Both the position numbers and the translations under genes were made by a program. DNA of 64,000 nt from Entomortierella parvispora E1425 (Eukaryota; Fungi; Mortierellomycota). Shown here in pieces: positions 49,258-60,177 of this stretch (position 1 is its first letter; every line of letters begins with the position of its first letter). Under the pieces are notes generated by a model. The model was given only the letters and a program-made list of their open reading frames with translations, was not told the origin of the DNA and ran no database searches. The stretch is from contig BQFW01000012.1 in NCBI GenBank assembly GCA_020891255.1, forward strand, positions 620,001 through 684,000. The letters run 5' to 3'.

Positions 49258-49606
49258 GATGCTTGATCCTTGGGCTAAAAGGAAAAGAAATGTGAAAAGA
49301 ACGCATGTCAGAAAAATATGGTCCACACGTAATCGGTCAGCGCCACCAATTCGACTTCAGGCACAATGGCCTCCTGCTCTCATCCTTCATCTCTCAACTC
49401 GATGAATGAACGAGGTGAACTTTGCAAAAGTTAGACATTGAAATCCATCTCCATCCCTTCCTTCAACAGGTCCATTCAACTACATTTTAACTTCAAAAGT
49501 CATCCCTCATTTTTGGTAACTTGTTCAATCGATTGTGCTCATCCTTCATGTCATCCAATACCTGTCTATTAAATAAAAATACCCGCCTCTTCATATATAG
49601 ATCTCC

Positions 49607-49852
49607 ATGTCCATCAAGTCTTACATATTGGAAACGTACCTTTTCAAGCGCCTCTTCTCGATATCAATCTGGCTCCTCATCCTTGGAATACCTTTACTGA
49701 TCATCAGTACCATCTTGTACTGTGCCGCCAAAGGAACTGGGAATGTAGCAGGCCTAGTCGTTGATAAGGCTGCCAAGCGAGTTCGGAGCTATCAACAGGA
49801 ACAACGCAAAAAAGAAAAGATGGAACCCCCAGTGGATAGTGTCCATGTTTGA
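49607..49852 (+). CDS. Small single-pass membrane protein (81 aa)
   Basis: ATG in CTCCATG context, one hydrophobic stretch (LFSISIWLLILGIPLLIISTILYCAA) and a basic C-terminus. AT-rich leader with TATA-like elements; A-rich 3' region. Confidence 0.55.
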   Translation: MSIKSYILETYLFKRLFSISIWLLILGIPLLIISTILYCAAKGTGNVAGLVVDKAAKRVRSYQQEQRKKEKMEPPVDSVHV

Positions 49853-50044
49853 TATCCCACCAAAAACAATAAAAAAGATGTATACCCAAAGCCGATCGAC
49901 AGTTTTGGCACGTTATTATTTATTGTAGAAAGCAATGGGGTCTAAAATATTGGTATGAGGGGGTAAATGTCGCTCTTCCATCCGATAAACGGAAGGGAGA
50001 GGAGCATATCAGGCGGAAGGGGATGGGGAAAGAATAGAGTCGCT

Positions 50045-51309
50045 TTATACGTTCATCTTGGCGGTGAGGTTAGCCAACTCATCAACGGCAGTCTTCTCCT
50101 CCTCCTCCTCCTCCTCCTCCTCCTCCTCCTCTTCATCCTCATTCTCAGACTCCTCGTTCTCCTCGACATCCGAGTCAGGCTCCTCCATATCATCAAGATC
50201 TCCGAGAGCATCGCCGTTGTCGTGTCTGGCAAGGGCATCACGGATAGCATCAATGGAGGCGCTGTCCTCCTCGACCTGGTTTCCGTTCAACTCGAGCTTG
50301 GTCAAGTTAGGCAAGTGATCCGAGATGACGCCAGCGAGCTCCAAGACACCGTCTTCCTTCATCTCTCCATAAGTAAAGTCGAGCGATTTCAACTGAGTGT
50401 TCTTTCCCTTAGCAAGAGCGCGAGACAAGAGGATGGTGCCCTTGTTCGACAACAAGCACTCTCCAAAGTTCAGGCGCTTCAATCCTTCCCAGGAGGGGAG
50501 GGCAGCAGCAAAAGCAGCACATCCACGGGCTGTGAAGGTGTTGTCCTGCAAATCCAAGATCTCAAGGTCGGGGCACTTTGACAATCCAGCAGCCAAGGCC
50601 TCAATACCCTCCATGCGGATACCGTTTTGGGGCATGGCCAAGTGAGTGATGGTTCCATGAGCAGCAAAGGCCTTAGCCAGGTCAGGTGTCGATCCGTTCT
50701 CGAGACGGTTACGTCCAGCAATAACGACACGGAGCGAAGACTTCTTGCCCTCCTCCACGTTCTTCTCTTGGGCGGTCATCAAGGCCTGAGCCAGGACCTT
50801 TCCTCCAGTAACACCCAGTCCGTTGTTGTTCAACTTCAAGACCTGCAAATTTCTGTTGGTAGTCAAGAACTCGACCAAAGGAACAACACCATCGGCGCCA
50901 AAGGCATTGTCGCTCAAGTTCAGCTCCACCAAATGCTCCTTGTCCTTGAGGGCATCGCCGAAGGCTCTGATGCAATCGGGGATCTCTGAGCGAAGACGGC
51001 CAGTAAAGATGTCGGAGAAGTTGGCGAGCTAAGAACGAATGATTATGTCAGTCATGCAAACACGCGTTGAAATGTCAAGACAATAGAGAGAAACCAACAC
51101 GCTGGGGGCTCATTGTCTACCTTGAGCAGGGGCTTCTCGGCCAAAGCAAGGGAAAGGGCCTGGCATGCCTCAACGCCAAAGGTGTTTCCGCTGAGGATGA
51201 CATTTTCCAGCTCGTCCATGGACTTGATCGTGGCAATGAACTCCTCAACCTGGTCAGCAGTGTCGAGCTTGAGGCCGCGGCCCTCGATGGTGAAGGTGGT
51301 GGTTGACAT
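50045..51309 (-). CDS. RNA1: Ran GTPase-activating protein 1 (LRR plus acidic tail)
   Basis: FTIEGRGLKLDT, LSGNTFGVEAC, LNLSDNAFG, LNNNGLG, AGRNRLENG, MPQNGI, LDLQDNTFT, LELNGN, poly-Glu tail. Confidence 0.95.
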
Positions 51310-52050
51310 TTCGTCTATAGCCAAGGAGGCACAGCAGAGAGGACGTTGAGAAGGGGAAGGTTAAGACCGATCGACAAGTATCAGCTGCAGGACTGTCAAG
51401 GACTGTAAAAGTGGCAGACAAGGCAGAGAGAAAGATAGAGAGACAGAGAGATAGACAACGAAGGGTGGCACATACAACAGAGAGGAAGAGGGATGAGATG
51501 TGAAGGAGGAATCAATAATGAAGCAAAAAAAAAAAGGAAAAGAGAGAAAAGAGAGGACGGCCACACGCGAAAGCGAGCGCACTGAACACCTCCCATTCGA
51601 GGAAAAAAAAAAAAAATCTTTTGTGTCTGTGGCTGAGAATGAAAAAAAAGCGTGCAGTGGCCCACCCAGACTGCACACCCTCAGAACAGACTCCTCGCTC
51701 ACTCTTCGAGTCCGTCTCCTCTCGTCTCGTCTCGTCTTTGTCTCTCATCGCATCTCTCCCTTTCCTCAATCAATCAATCAAACAAACAATCGTCTCCCCG
51801 CCCCACGCCTTCGCTTACACGCGTGCCCCCTTTCTCTTTTCTTTCGTCCCTCTTACCTTACCCTGTCGCATTCGCCTTTCCTCCATCCATAGCCGAGCTC
51901 TTGCCTGGCTGCTTCCACTTTTGTTGTTGTTGTCTCCGTTGTTTACCTCAACCTTTCTTCGGCCACGCGTGCACACTAAAAACTGGCCCCTAGCCACGAT
52001 CCGCATCACGTCCTTCACAACGGGAGACCCTCGTCAGTACAAGTCCATAC

Positions 52051-55000
52051 ATGGTGGACCATGAAACCCCAGAGACTGTAAGTCATTCATCCTCAAGACT
52101 TGTCGCGTCACATTCACTCAATCGACTATACATCTTAACCACTTGTATTGCTTTTAGCGTCGAGGTCCTCCTCCAAAACTGCCGTCGGTGACCGTTGGTC
52201 CAACAAAGGACAAGGAGGCCCATCTTGCAGCCTACTTTGAGGGCGAACAGAGCGTGCTGTCCTTAGGCGGCACCTCGTCGTCCTTGCGACCAACTATACG
52301 AGCGCTGTTTAGGCCGACACCTGTCTCCATGGCACATCAGCGCTCTTCAGAAGCAGTCTCGGTCTCCTCCACTGTCGTATCTGGATCTTCCCTCCATGTT
52401 GAGACTCCAGCATTGGACAATTTTGAAAAAGGAAACGAAGGATCATCCACAGTGGCGAGGCAGAGGACAATGTCAAGTCCAATTCCACAGGATTCATACT
52501 CCAGACGGACCATATCAGCAGGGCTAGGATCAGGATCAGGGTCAGGGTCAGGGTCAGGGTCAGGGTCAGGGACAGAGATTTCAGGAGATTCGCCTGATGG
52601 ACTCTCAGATGCAAAGGTAAGGAACCAACGGATCATTTAGTGGCGAAATGGGGCCCTCACTAATTCGCATTCTTACCAATATGTACGATTCGGGATCTCT
52701 AGCCGCGGTTTACTTCACCGCCACCACACAGACACCTCCGATCCCTTCCCGGAACAGGAAAAGAAAACTATCATCCTCGTGGGCGAAGCTCCAGATCACT
52801 ATTGCCAACAAGTTCCACAAAACCGGACGTACCTATACTTAATTGGGGGAAACCACGAAACGACACTGCAGAGGCTCCTGATGACCCAGAGGAACATAAG
52901 ACAGGTATGAACTGACTGTTACTACTCCAGTCTTGAGATCATCATCTTCGAAAACACACTCCAGTTGAAAGCTAATAGGAGATACTTGCGCATTAGCTGA
53001 ACCTGGAGAACTGGAGTCTGCAACGCCTGAGCCAGCAGAGAGGCGTTCAATATTCCCTAGAAATTCTGTATCAGTGGCAACAATTGCGTCGACACAGGCC
53101 GTTGCAACAGAGGATATCCCAGTAATCTGGACCGGAGGATCAAGTCCGGCAAATAAGAGACCCCTACTTAAACATGAACACAGTGCCAAAAGGATGAGAC
53201 ACTCGTCAAAGGTATGCAGAAAAATGTAGTGTCTTGTGCTAATGTTTACTGTAGTCGCTATACTAATCATCATTTCGCGGCTGTGACTTTAATGTAGTCT
53301 GGAGACCAGCCATTGGAGGCAGTGACATTTGCCATGCCTACTGCACCTCTACAGGCGGCAGAGCAACCAACAAAGCCAGAGATCAGCTCAAGGCAACTAC
53401 AGATAGATCGTCCGAGTAAGACAGAGTCAATGCCAGGAGACATAGAAATACCGCATACATCCATTCAAAAGACGTTGCCAAAACCACCGCAACCACCGCA
53501 ACCAGCGCAGCTCACACAGCCAACACAGCGAACACAGCTGACTCAACCAACACCACCAATACAGCCAATACAGCCAACACCGGCACTACAAGCACACCCA
53601 TCAAAGCCAGCTGCTAGCAAGTCGCTGGAAGGCATTGCCGCAATAGCTCAAAGTTTAGCAGTGGGAGCCTCCAAATCTACACCCTCTCAACCACCTATGA
53701 GTCCCCCCACCTCTCGACCAAGGGCGAGAACAGAAACAACACAGCTCAGAGAAGAGCTTGGAGATCGACCTGTGATGATGGTAAGCCTGGAACCTTTTTT
53801 TAAGAAGATTGGAATACCAGATCATGTCTAACCCGCGGCTTCATCTGTCTATGGTATACTTTTAGGTGAACAATCGTCCTTTTACAAAATTGGCACAAAT
53901 TGGCAAGGGAGGTAGCTCTAAAGTTTATAGAGTCCTCACACCCATGAACAAGATTTTTGCCTTGAAGCGGGTCACTTACGACCCTCATGATACCGCAATC
54001 GCCACTAGCTATCTCAACGAAGTCCGCCTATTGGGACAGCTGGCTGGCAACCCTCACATTGTTCGTCTGTTCGATGCAGAACACAATTCGGCAAAAGGAA
54101 CATTGACAATGGTATGTGAAAAGATGGGTTTTAATCGTCAGTCGAGTCGAATAAGAACAAAACTGACATCAAGATCTCCTCTTTGAAAGGTTATGGAGTG
54201 TGGCGAGGTCGATTTAGCAACTATGCTTCTCAGGCGGCGATTTCAACCATTTGACGTTCATTTCGTTGGATATTATTGGCGACAGGTAAATGCTTGGAGA
54301 GAGATCATAGAGGCCGTGTTCATTGAAAGGTTCTAATTACTAATTTTTACTATTATACTTCGCCAGATGCTTGAGGCTGTTCAGGTCCTGCATGATGAAA
54401 AAATCGTTCACTCCGACTTGAAGCCAGCCAATTTTCTTCTAATTGAAGGAGCCTTGAAGCTGATTGACTTTGGAATTGCGAATGCGATCGCCAACGACAC
54501 GACCAACATCCACAGAGAGGGCCAGCATGGAACAGCAAACTATATGCCACCAGAAGCAATTGCATCCAATCCCGGATCAGGTGGACTCCGAAAGCTGGGT
54601 CGAGCTTCGGATGTGTGGTCCTTGGGTTGTATTCTATACCAGATGGTCTACGGCAAGACCCCGTTCTCGGATACTCTGAATGTCTACCACAAGATGAACC
54701 TCATCACGAACAGAGATCATAAAATCCCATTTCCAGAAACGACACTGTCACCTTTGGATGTCAGGAAGCAAACCGCCACCACGAATCCTCAACAATCATC
54801 CGCCAACATACCCGCTACCTCTGCTGGACCAGAGTCAGGCACATCGTCGGCTTTGACGCCAGTAGGCGATGCATCCTCGGCAACTGTACAAAAGACCATC
54901 ATTGTCGACCCTCAACTCATTGAGATGATGCAGGGTTGTTTACGCTACGACGCAAAAGATAGGTTTACCATTCCACAATTATTAGATCATCCTTTTGTGC

Positions 55001-55200
55001 GGTCTTCATCTTCAGGCTACTGTCCTACATCGTCCCCATCGCCGCCTTCATCCACATCGACTTTGGCCCCTCTTACCCTAGATGCTGTGATGGCAATTAT
55101 GAAACGAACTCTAGCACTTGGACCCGAAAAGATTGCACCTGGCAATATGGAATTGCAAGCTGCTGCGATGTTGACACAGCTTCAGCAGCGCAGAAAATAA
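52051..55200 (+). CDS. MPS1: Mps1/TTK-family dual-specificity protein kinase
   Basis: [113 protein letters not shown]. Long disordered N-terminus. Confidence 0.93.
52526..52572 (+). repeat. Coding hexanucleotide repeat (GGGTCA/GGATCA)n encoding (Gly-Ser)7
   Basis: Read directly; translates to GSGSGSGSGSGSGSG in the MPS1 N-terminus. Confidence 0.85.
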
Positions 55201-55513
55201 ATTAAAAAAAAACCTAATGTGTAATATTTTTGAGTATGAACGACCAAAAAGCTGCTTCTCTGAATGATATCCATTGTATCCATTGCTAAAAGAATGACAA
55301 CCGCCCCTGTCAAAGTGGAGGTGGAGGTAATGAAGTGATATGCAAATTGTATTGATGTTCAGGGATATCTATGGTACAGATGTTTTTGTCTTTCTTTGGC
55401 GTCTGTCATTCCCTTTTTGATCCCTTCAATTGTCCAGACAGGACTGGAAGTAAATATAAAAAAAAGGAACAAAAGCGGTCCACAAGAAGGAGATGATAGG
55501 ATATTTGTGTCGT

Positions 55514-56021
55514 TTACTTGTGGAAGCGGAAGAAGGTCGAGGACTTCTTGAGCTCACGCTTGGACAACTTCTCCTTGTTCTTTCTTTTCCTGTCCTCCTT
55601 GGCCATCTTGTGCTTGGCGTGGTTGGCATCCTTGCGTCCACTGGTGGAGATCTTCTTCTCCTCTCCTGTCACTGAGGTATCAACAGCTATTAGTTCAAGG
55701 AAAGAAGAGGTTTCGTTAGAAAGACTGAGTATGTAAATCTAAAAACAATTGTTGCTCCCCATACCAAGAGGTAAAAAGAAAAAAACAGAGAGGAACAAGA
55801 TAGAATGGGGATGGGAACTAAAGTCACTTACTCTTCTCAACCTCCATGAGCTCCTCGCCGCGGGCCTGAGCCTCGAGCTCCGAGGTCTTGGGACCCTGAG
55901 CATCCTTCTTCAGACGCTCGGAGAGACGGTGAACACGGGCGGTCTCGACAGGGCCGAAAATCAATTCACGCTTGATGGAGCGGAATTTGCGTGCGGATTT
56001 TGAACGGAGACCCTTTGCCAT
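55514..56021 (-). CDS. Small basic LLPH/DUF2423 (YBL028C-like) nucleolar protein, 2 exons
   Basis: MAKGLRSKSARKFRSIKRELIFGPVETARVHRLSERL N-terminus; Lys/Arg-rich exon 2 ending KISTSGRKDANHAKHKMAK...FRFHK*. Confidence 0.8.
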
Positions 56022-56548
56022 TATGAATAAATGTGATGTGAAAAAGATGGAGAGGATGGGAGGATGGAGAGGATGGAGAGGATGATGAAATGATGCATCA
56101 GCTTCCTGTCTGAAAAAAAGAAAAAAAAAATATAATCACAACAAACTGTGACGGTCTATCAAAATTTAGTGGCGCACTTTGGCACAACCCCTGTGCAACA
56201 CCAAATCCACAGGCCTGCACTTTAAGGTAATGTGCTCTAAAGTTTGCTTGCTAGCGCGTCCATCGTCCTCGTATTCTTTGCATGGGAGAGTGAGTGCGAT
56301 GTCATGTTAGCTTGACAACCGTAATATCTTGCCAAAATGTGCTGATTCTTTTTTAGCAACCACTGTTTATCTACTTGAGCGGCAGAGGGGTGGAAGATGG
56401 AGCGTGTAAGGATGGCGATTGGGAGAGTACTTGTGGCTAATCACGAAGATGTCCCTCTCGTTCTGCTAATTCAAACTGATATATCTTGCTGAAGACCAAC
56501 CCTTCGATACATATCCTAACAAAGTTTATCCTTGGGAGTGGACTCTCT

Positions 56549-57090
56549 TGCATTCGGTTCTACATTTTGCCTAGCCGTTACTTAGAGGCTAAGCTCGATG
56601 CGAGATTTCGATGCATTCGGTTTTGCATTTTGCTTAGCCGTTACTTAGAGGCTAAGCTCGATGCGAGATTTCGATGCATTCGGTTTTGCATTTTGCTTAG
56701 CCGTTACTTAGAGGCTAAGCTCGATGCGAGATTTCGATGCATTCGGTTTTGCATTTTGCTTAGCCGTTACTTAGAGGCTAAGCTCGATGCGAGATTTCGA
56801 TGCATTCGGTTTTGCATTTTGCTTAGCCGTTACTTAGAGGCTAAGCTCGATGCGAGATTTCGATGCATTCGGTTTTGCATTTTGCTTAGCCGTTACTTAG
56901 AGGCTAAGCTCGATGCGAGATTTCGATGCATTCGGTTTTGCATTTTGCTTAGCCGTTACTTAGAGGCTAAGCTCGATGCGAGATTTCGATGCATTCGGTT
57001 TTGCATTTTGCTTAGCTGTTACTTAAAGGTTAAGCTCGATGCTTAGACGTTCCTTAACCGGTCAGGTGATTGCAAGATTTCGATGCATTT
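56549..57090. repeat. 63-bp tandem array: 8 units (6 identical central copies) plus a degenerate partial ninth
   Basis: Unit TGCATTCGGTTTTGCATTTTGCTTAGCCGTTACTTAGAGGCTAAGCTCGATGCGAGATTTCGA starts at 56549, 56612, 56675, 56738, 56801, 56864, 56927 and 56990. There are no spacers. Confidence 0.97.
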
Positions 57091-57891
57091 ACCTAGCGGG
57101 GACTAGATGTATGTACGAGACTTCTCTCCGGATGTGGTCCAAAGATTTGGTCAAGGTCGACTCCCCTAGTATTCAGTGGTGCTTTCTGATGCTGGTCAAG
57201 CTGACTTTGTCTGTCAAGAAGGCTCGAGGCAAGAACCACGATACAGAAGGAGAAACATGAATGAGTAGCGAGGTTATGATCTCAACCATGTCTATCCGAT
57301 TGGGTTTGGCAATCGTTATCATGAAGTCATTAGCCTCGAGCAGGCCGCTCGATTTGTACTACTGTTGCCACCACACCGATTTATTAAAATAAAAAAAAAA
57401 GCGTTGGTGAAGCGGCGTTGAAGATCGAGTCTGGTCCACCATGGCAACTGCATGGGCGCGGAGTAAGAGAGACTGTCTGCACAGCCGAGAGTTGGCTGAC
57501 GCAAATGCTAGTCAAGAAGGACGGGAGACGCGCCGCACCTGGGCATTGGATCCAGGAGCGAGCCCATGGTTGGTGGTTGGCGCACGGTGGTTGGTGTCCA
57601 AAACAGCGGTGCCATTCATTCCTGTGTCCCTTTCCCAACCCTGACAAATGCACAAAGCCAGAGCGACGACTCTCCCAGCCAATGGGAGTGGGACAACGCG
57701 TGTGCCTTGTGCGACTGGCCCCACGTACGCAGTCACGTACAGACGTCTTTGGTGGTTCCTTCCCACCCTGCCCTGGTCTGCTCTGCGCTTCTTTTTTTAT
57801 CTTCCCTCATCTCTTCATCTCTCATCTTCTTTCTCTTCACTCCTCTTCACTTCCTCTCCCTTCCTTCTCCCCTATACACTCTTATACAGCC

Positions 57892-59849
57892 ATGCGTCTT
57901 TCCTCCGCTATTGCCCTCGTTGGTCTTGCCGCCACCTCCCTCTTTGCTGGCGTCAACGCCGAGACCGTCGACTCTGATGTCCTCGTCTTGAACCAGAAGA
58001 ACTTTGCCTCCACCGTCCCCGCTGAGAAGTTGATCCTCGTCGAGTTCTACGCTCCCTGGTGCGGACACTGCAAGGCTCTTGGTATGTTAAGCTGCAGCTT
58101 ACAGTCAGCTTTGTCTGGACTCTTTTCAATGGAGTACCCATCTCAGTACATCCACTTGTCACCTCGAGTCTTTTGTTGACATTCATTTTTCTCAACATTC
58201 ATCTCTCAACGCGTTCTAGCTCCCGAGTACGAGATTGCTGCCACTCAGCTCAAGGAGCACAGCATCCCTATCGCCAAGGTTGACTGCACTGTCGAGACTG
58301 ACCTTTGCCAGGAGCACGGAATCCAGGGTTACCCCACCTTGAAGGTCTTCAAGTAAGGAACCTTCATTTTTTTTTTGCTCTATGATTAGCAGCTCTTTTT
58401 ATTGCACTGGAAAAAGACCCGACAGGTGTGATCGACAAATTGGATCGAGAATTGGACCGAAGAATGTTGAGCCAATAGTTTGTTGACAGCGCTCGCACAA
58501 CACAGCATGGACGATGGACCCCAGGGTGGAAATTTCTCAGGGGTCAAATCAAGGGGCTTCTTTTTTTTGCATTGTCGCTTCTGACACCCTGTTCCTGTTT
58601 CCCTTGATTCGTGTGCTTATAGGGAGGGTGTCCCCACCGACTACAACGGTCCTCGCAAGGCCGATGGCATTGTCAGCTACCTCAAGAAGCAGACCCTCCC
58701 TGCTCTTTCTGAGCTCACCGCCGACACTGTCTCTGCTTTCTCTGTCTCTGACAAGGTCGTCATTGTCGGTGTCCTCCCCAAGGACTCTGAGAAGCGCGCT
58801 GTCCTTGAGAAGGTCGCCAACCAGCTCCGTGATGACTATGTCTTTGGTGTTGTTGAGGAGAGCGAGGATGTCAAGTCTGGCATTGTCCTCTACAAGAAGT
58901 TCGATGAGGGCAAGAATGTCCTCGAGGGTGACTTTGATGCCGAGTCCTTGACCGCCTTCATCCGCACCAACGCTGTCCCCGTCATGGATGAGATCGGACC
59001 CACCAACTACGCTAAGTAAGATACTTGATATTTCTAGGCCTTGAAGGATAAAAGAAATCGAGTGGCTGGCCTACAGGACTAACCAAATTTTCACCATTGT
59101 CTTCACTCAGCTACATGGAAGCTGGTGTCCCCCTTGCCTACCTCTTCTTCTCCACCCCCGCTGAGCGTGCTCAGTTCCCCGAGATCGAGGCTGTTGCCAA
59201 GGAGTTGAAGGGCAAGATGAACTTTGTCTACATTGACGCCAAGAAGTTCGGTGCTCACGCCGCCAACTTGAACCTCAAGGAGTCGTGGCCCGCTTTCGGT
59301 GTCCAGAACGTTGTCAGCGGCGCCAAGTTCCCCTTGGAGCAGGATGGCGAGCTCACTGTTGAGAAGATGAAGACTTTCGCCGAGAACGTCTTGGCTGGCA
59401 AGGTTGAGCCCTCGGTCAAGACTGAGGCCATCCCCGAGACCAACGATGGACCCGTCAAGATCGTTGTCGGCCAGCAGTACAAGGAGATTGTTGAGGACCA
59501 GACCAAGGATGTCTTGATCGAGTTCTACGCCCCTTGGTGCGGCCACTGCAAGAACTTGGCCCCCATCTACGATGAGCTCGGAGCTCTCTACAAGGGATCT
59601 GACATTGTGATTGCCAAGATTGACGCCACCGCCAACGACCTTCCTTCTGACTTGCCCTTCCAGGTCCAGGGCTTCCCTACCATCAAGCTCCGCAAGGCCG
59701 GTTCTTCCGAGTACACTGACTACGAGGGCCAGCGCACCAAGGAGGCCTTTATTGAGTTCTTGGACGCCCACGCCGTCAACAAGTTCAAGGTCAACTTGAC
59801 TGAGGACAAGCCTGTCACCGCTGAGGACATTGAGCACGACGAGCTGTAA
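57892..59849 (+). CDS. PDI1: Protein disulfide isomerase (a-b-b'-a'), ER-retained
   Basis: Signal peptide, two [11 protein letters not shown] active sites, [29 protein letters not shown]-terminal HDEL. Confidence 0.98.
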
Positions 59850-60177
59850 ATGTGTTGCAGCTATCCTTCATCGTTTGCCGGAGAGTAACTATTTAGTTGG
59901 ATGGTCAGAGTCAGTCCGAAGCAATATCAGGCAGCTCAATGGCACATCCTCCACCTTGTACAGTAAAAAATGATATTTTCCATTCACTGGTTTCCTTTGA
60001 CCCTTTGAAGACAAAACCAATGAAATTCTTGATTAATAAAGTGGAATAAAATAAATATAATCAGAATAATTTTAGCAAGAGATTTCTTTGATTATGCTTC
60101 TTTTTTTCCCCTTTTCTCCATCTCTCTTCTCTTTTCTCGTCTCCTCATTCCCTCTCCCTCTACACTCCATCAGTACA

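Noticed and set aside
56486-57046. 186-aa ORF (RCIRFCILLSRYLEAKLDARF)n as a repeat protein
   Set aside because: It starts at TTG just after an in-frame TGA and has no ATG. A 63-bp unit that lacks a stop in one frame gives such an ORF automatically. It does not resemble TPR, WD40, ankyrin or LRR repeats.
56549-57090. CRISPR array interpretation of the 63-bp repeat
   Set aside because: Units are directly adjacent with no unique spacers, there are no cas-like genes, and the context is eukaryotic.
57071-57421. Frame downstream of the array interrupted only by three TAG stops (possible pseudogene), and a weak hairpin plus CTAG|T at 57166 (possible Helitron 3' end)
   Set aside because: No recognisable protein family, and three same-type stops can arise by chance. 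The hairpin (CCAAA-GA-TTTGG) is AT-rich and weak, and no matching 5' end or Rep/helicase is present.
59103-59837. 244-aa antisense ORF over PDI1, and similar long antisense ORFs over SLA1 (28981-30397), the LRR gene (47009-47848), the LEA-like gene (40350-40940) and RNA1
   Set aside because: These are shadows of strong codon bias or low-complexity repeats on the coding strand and have no independent motifs.
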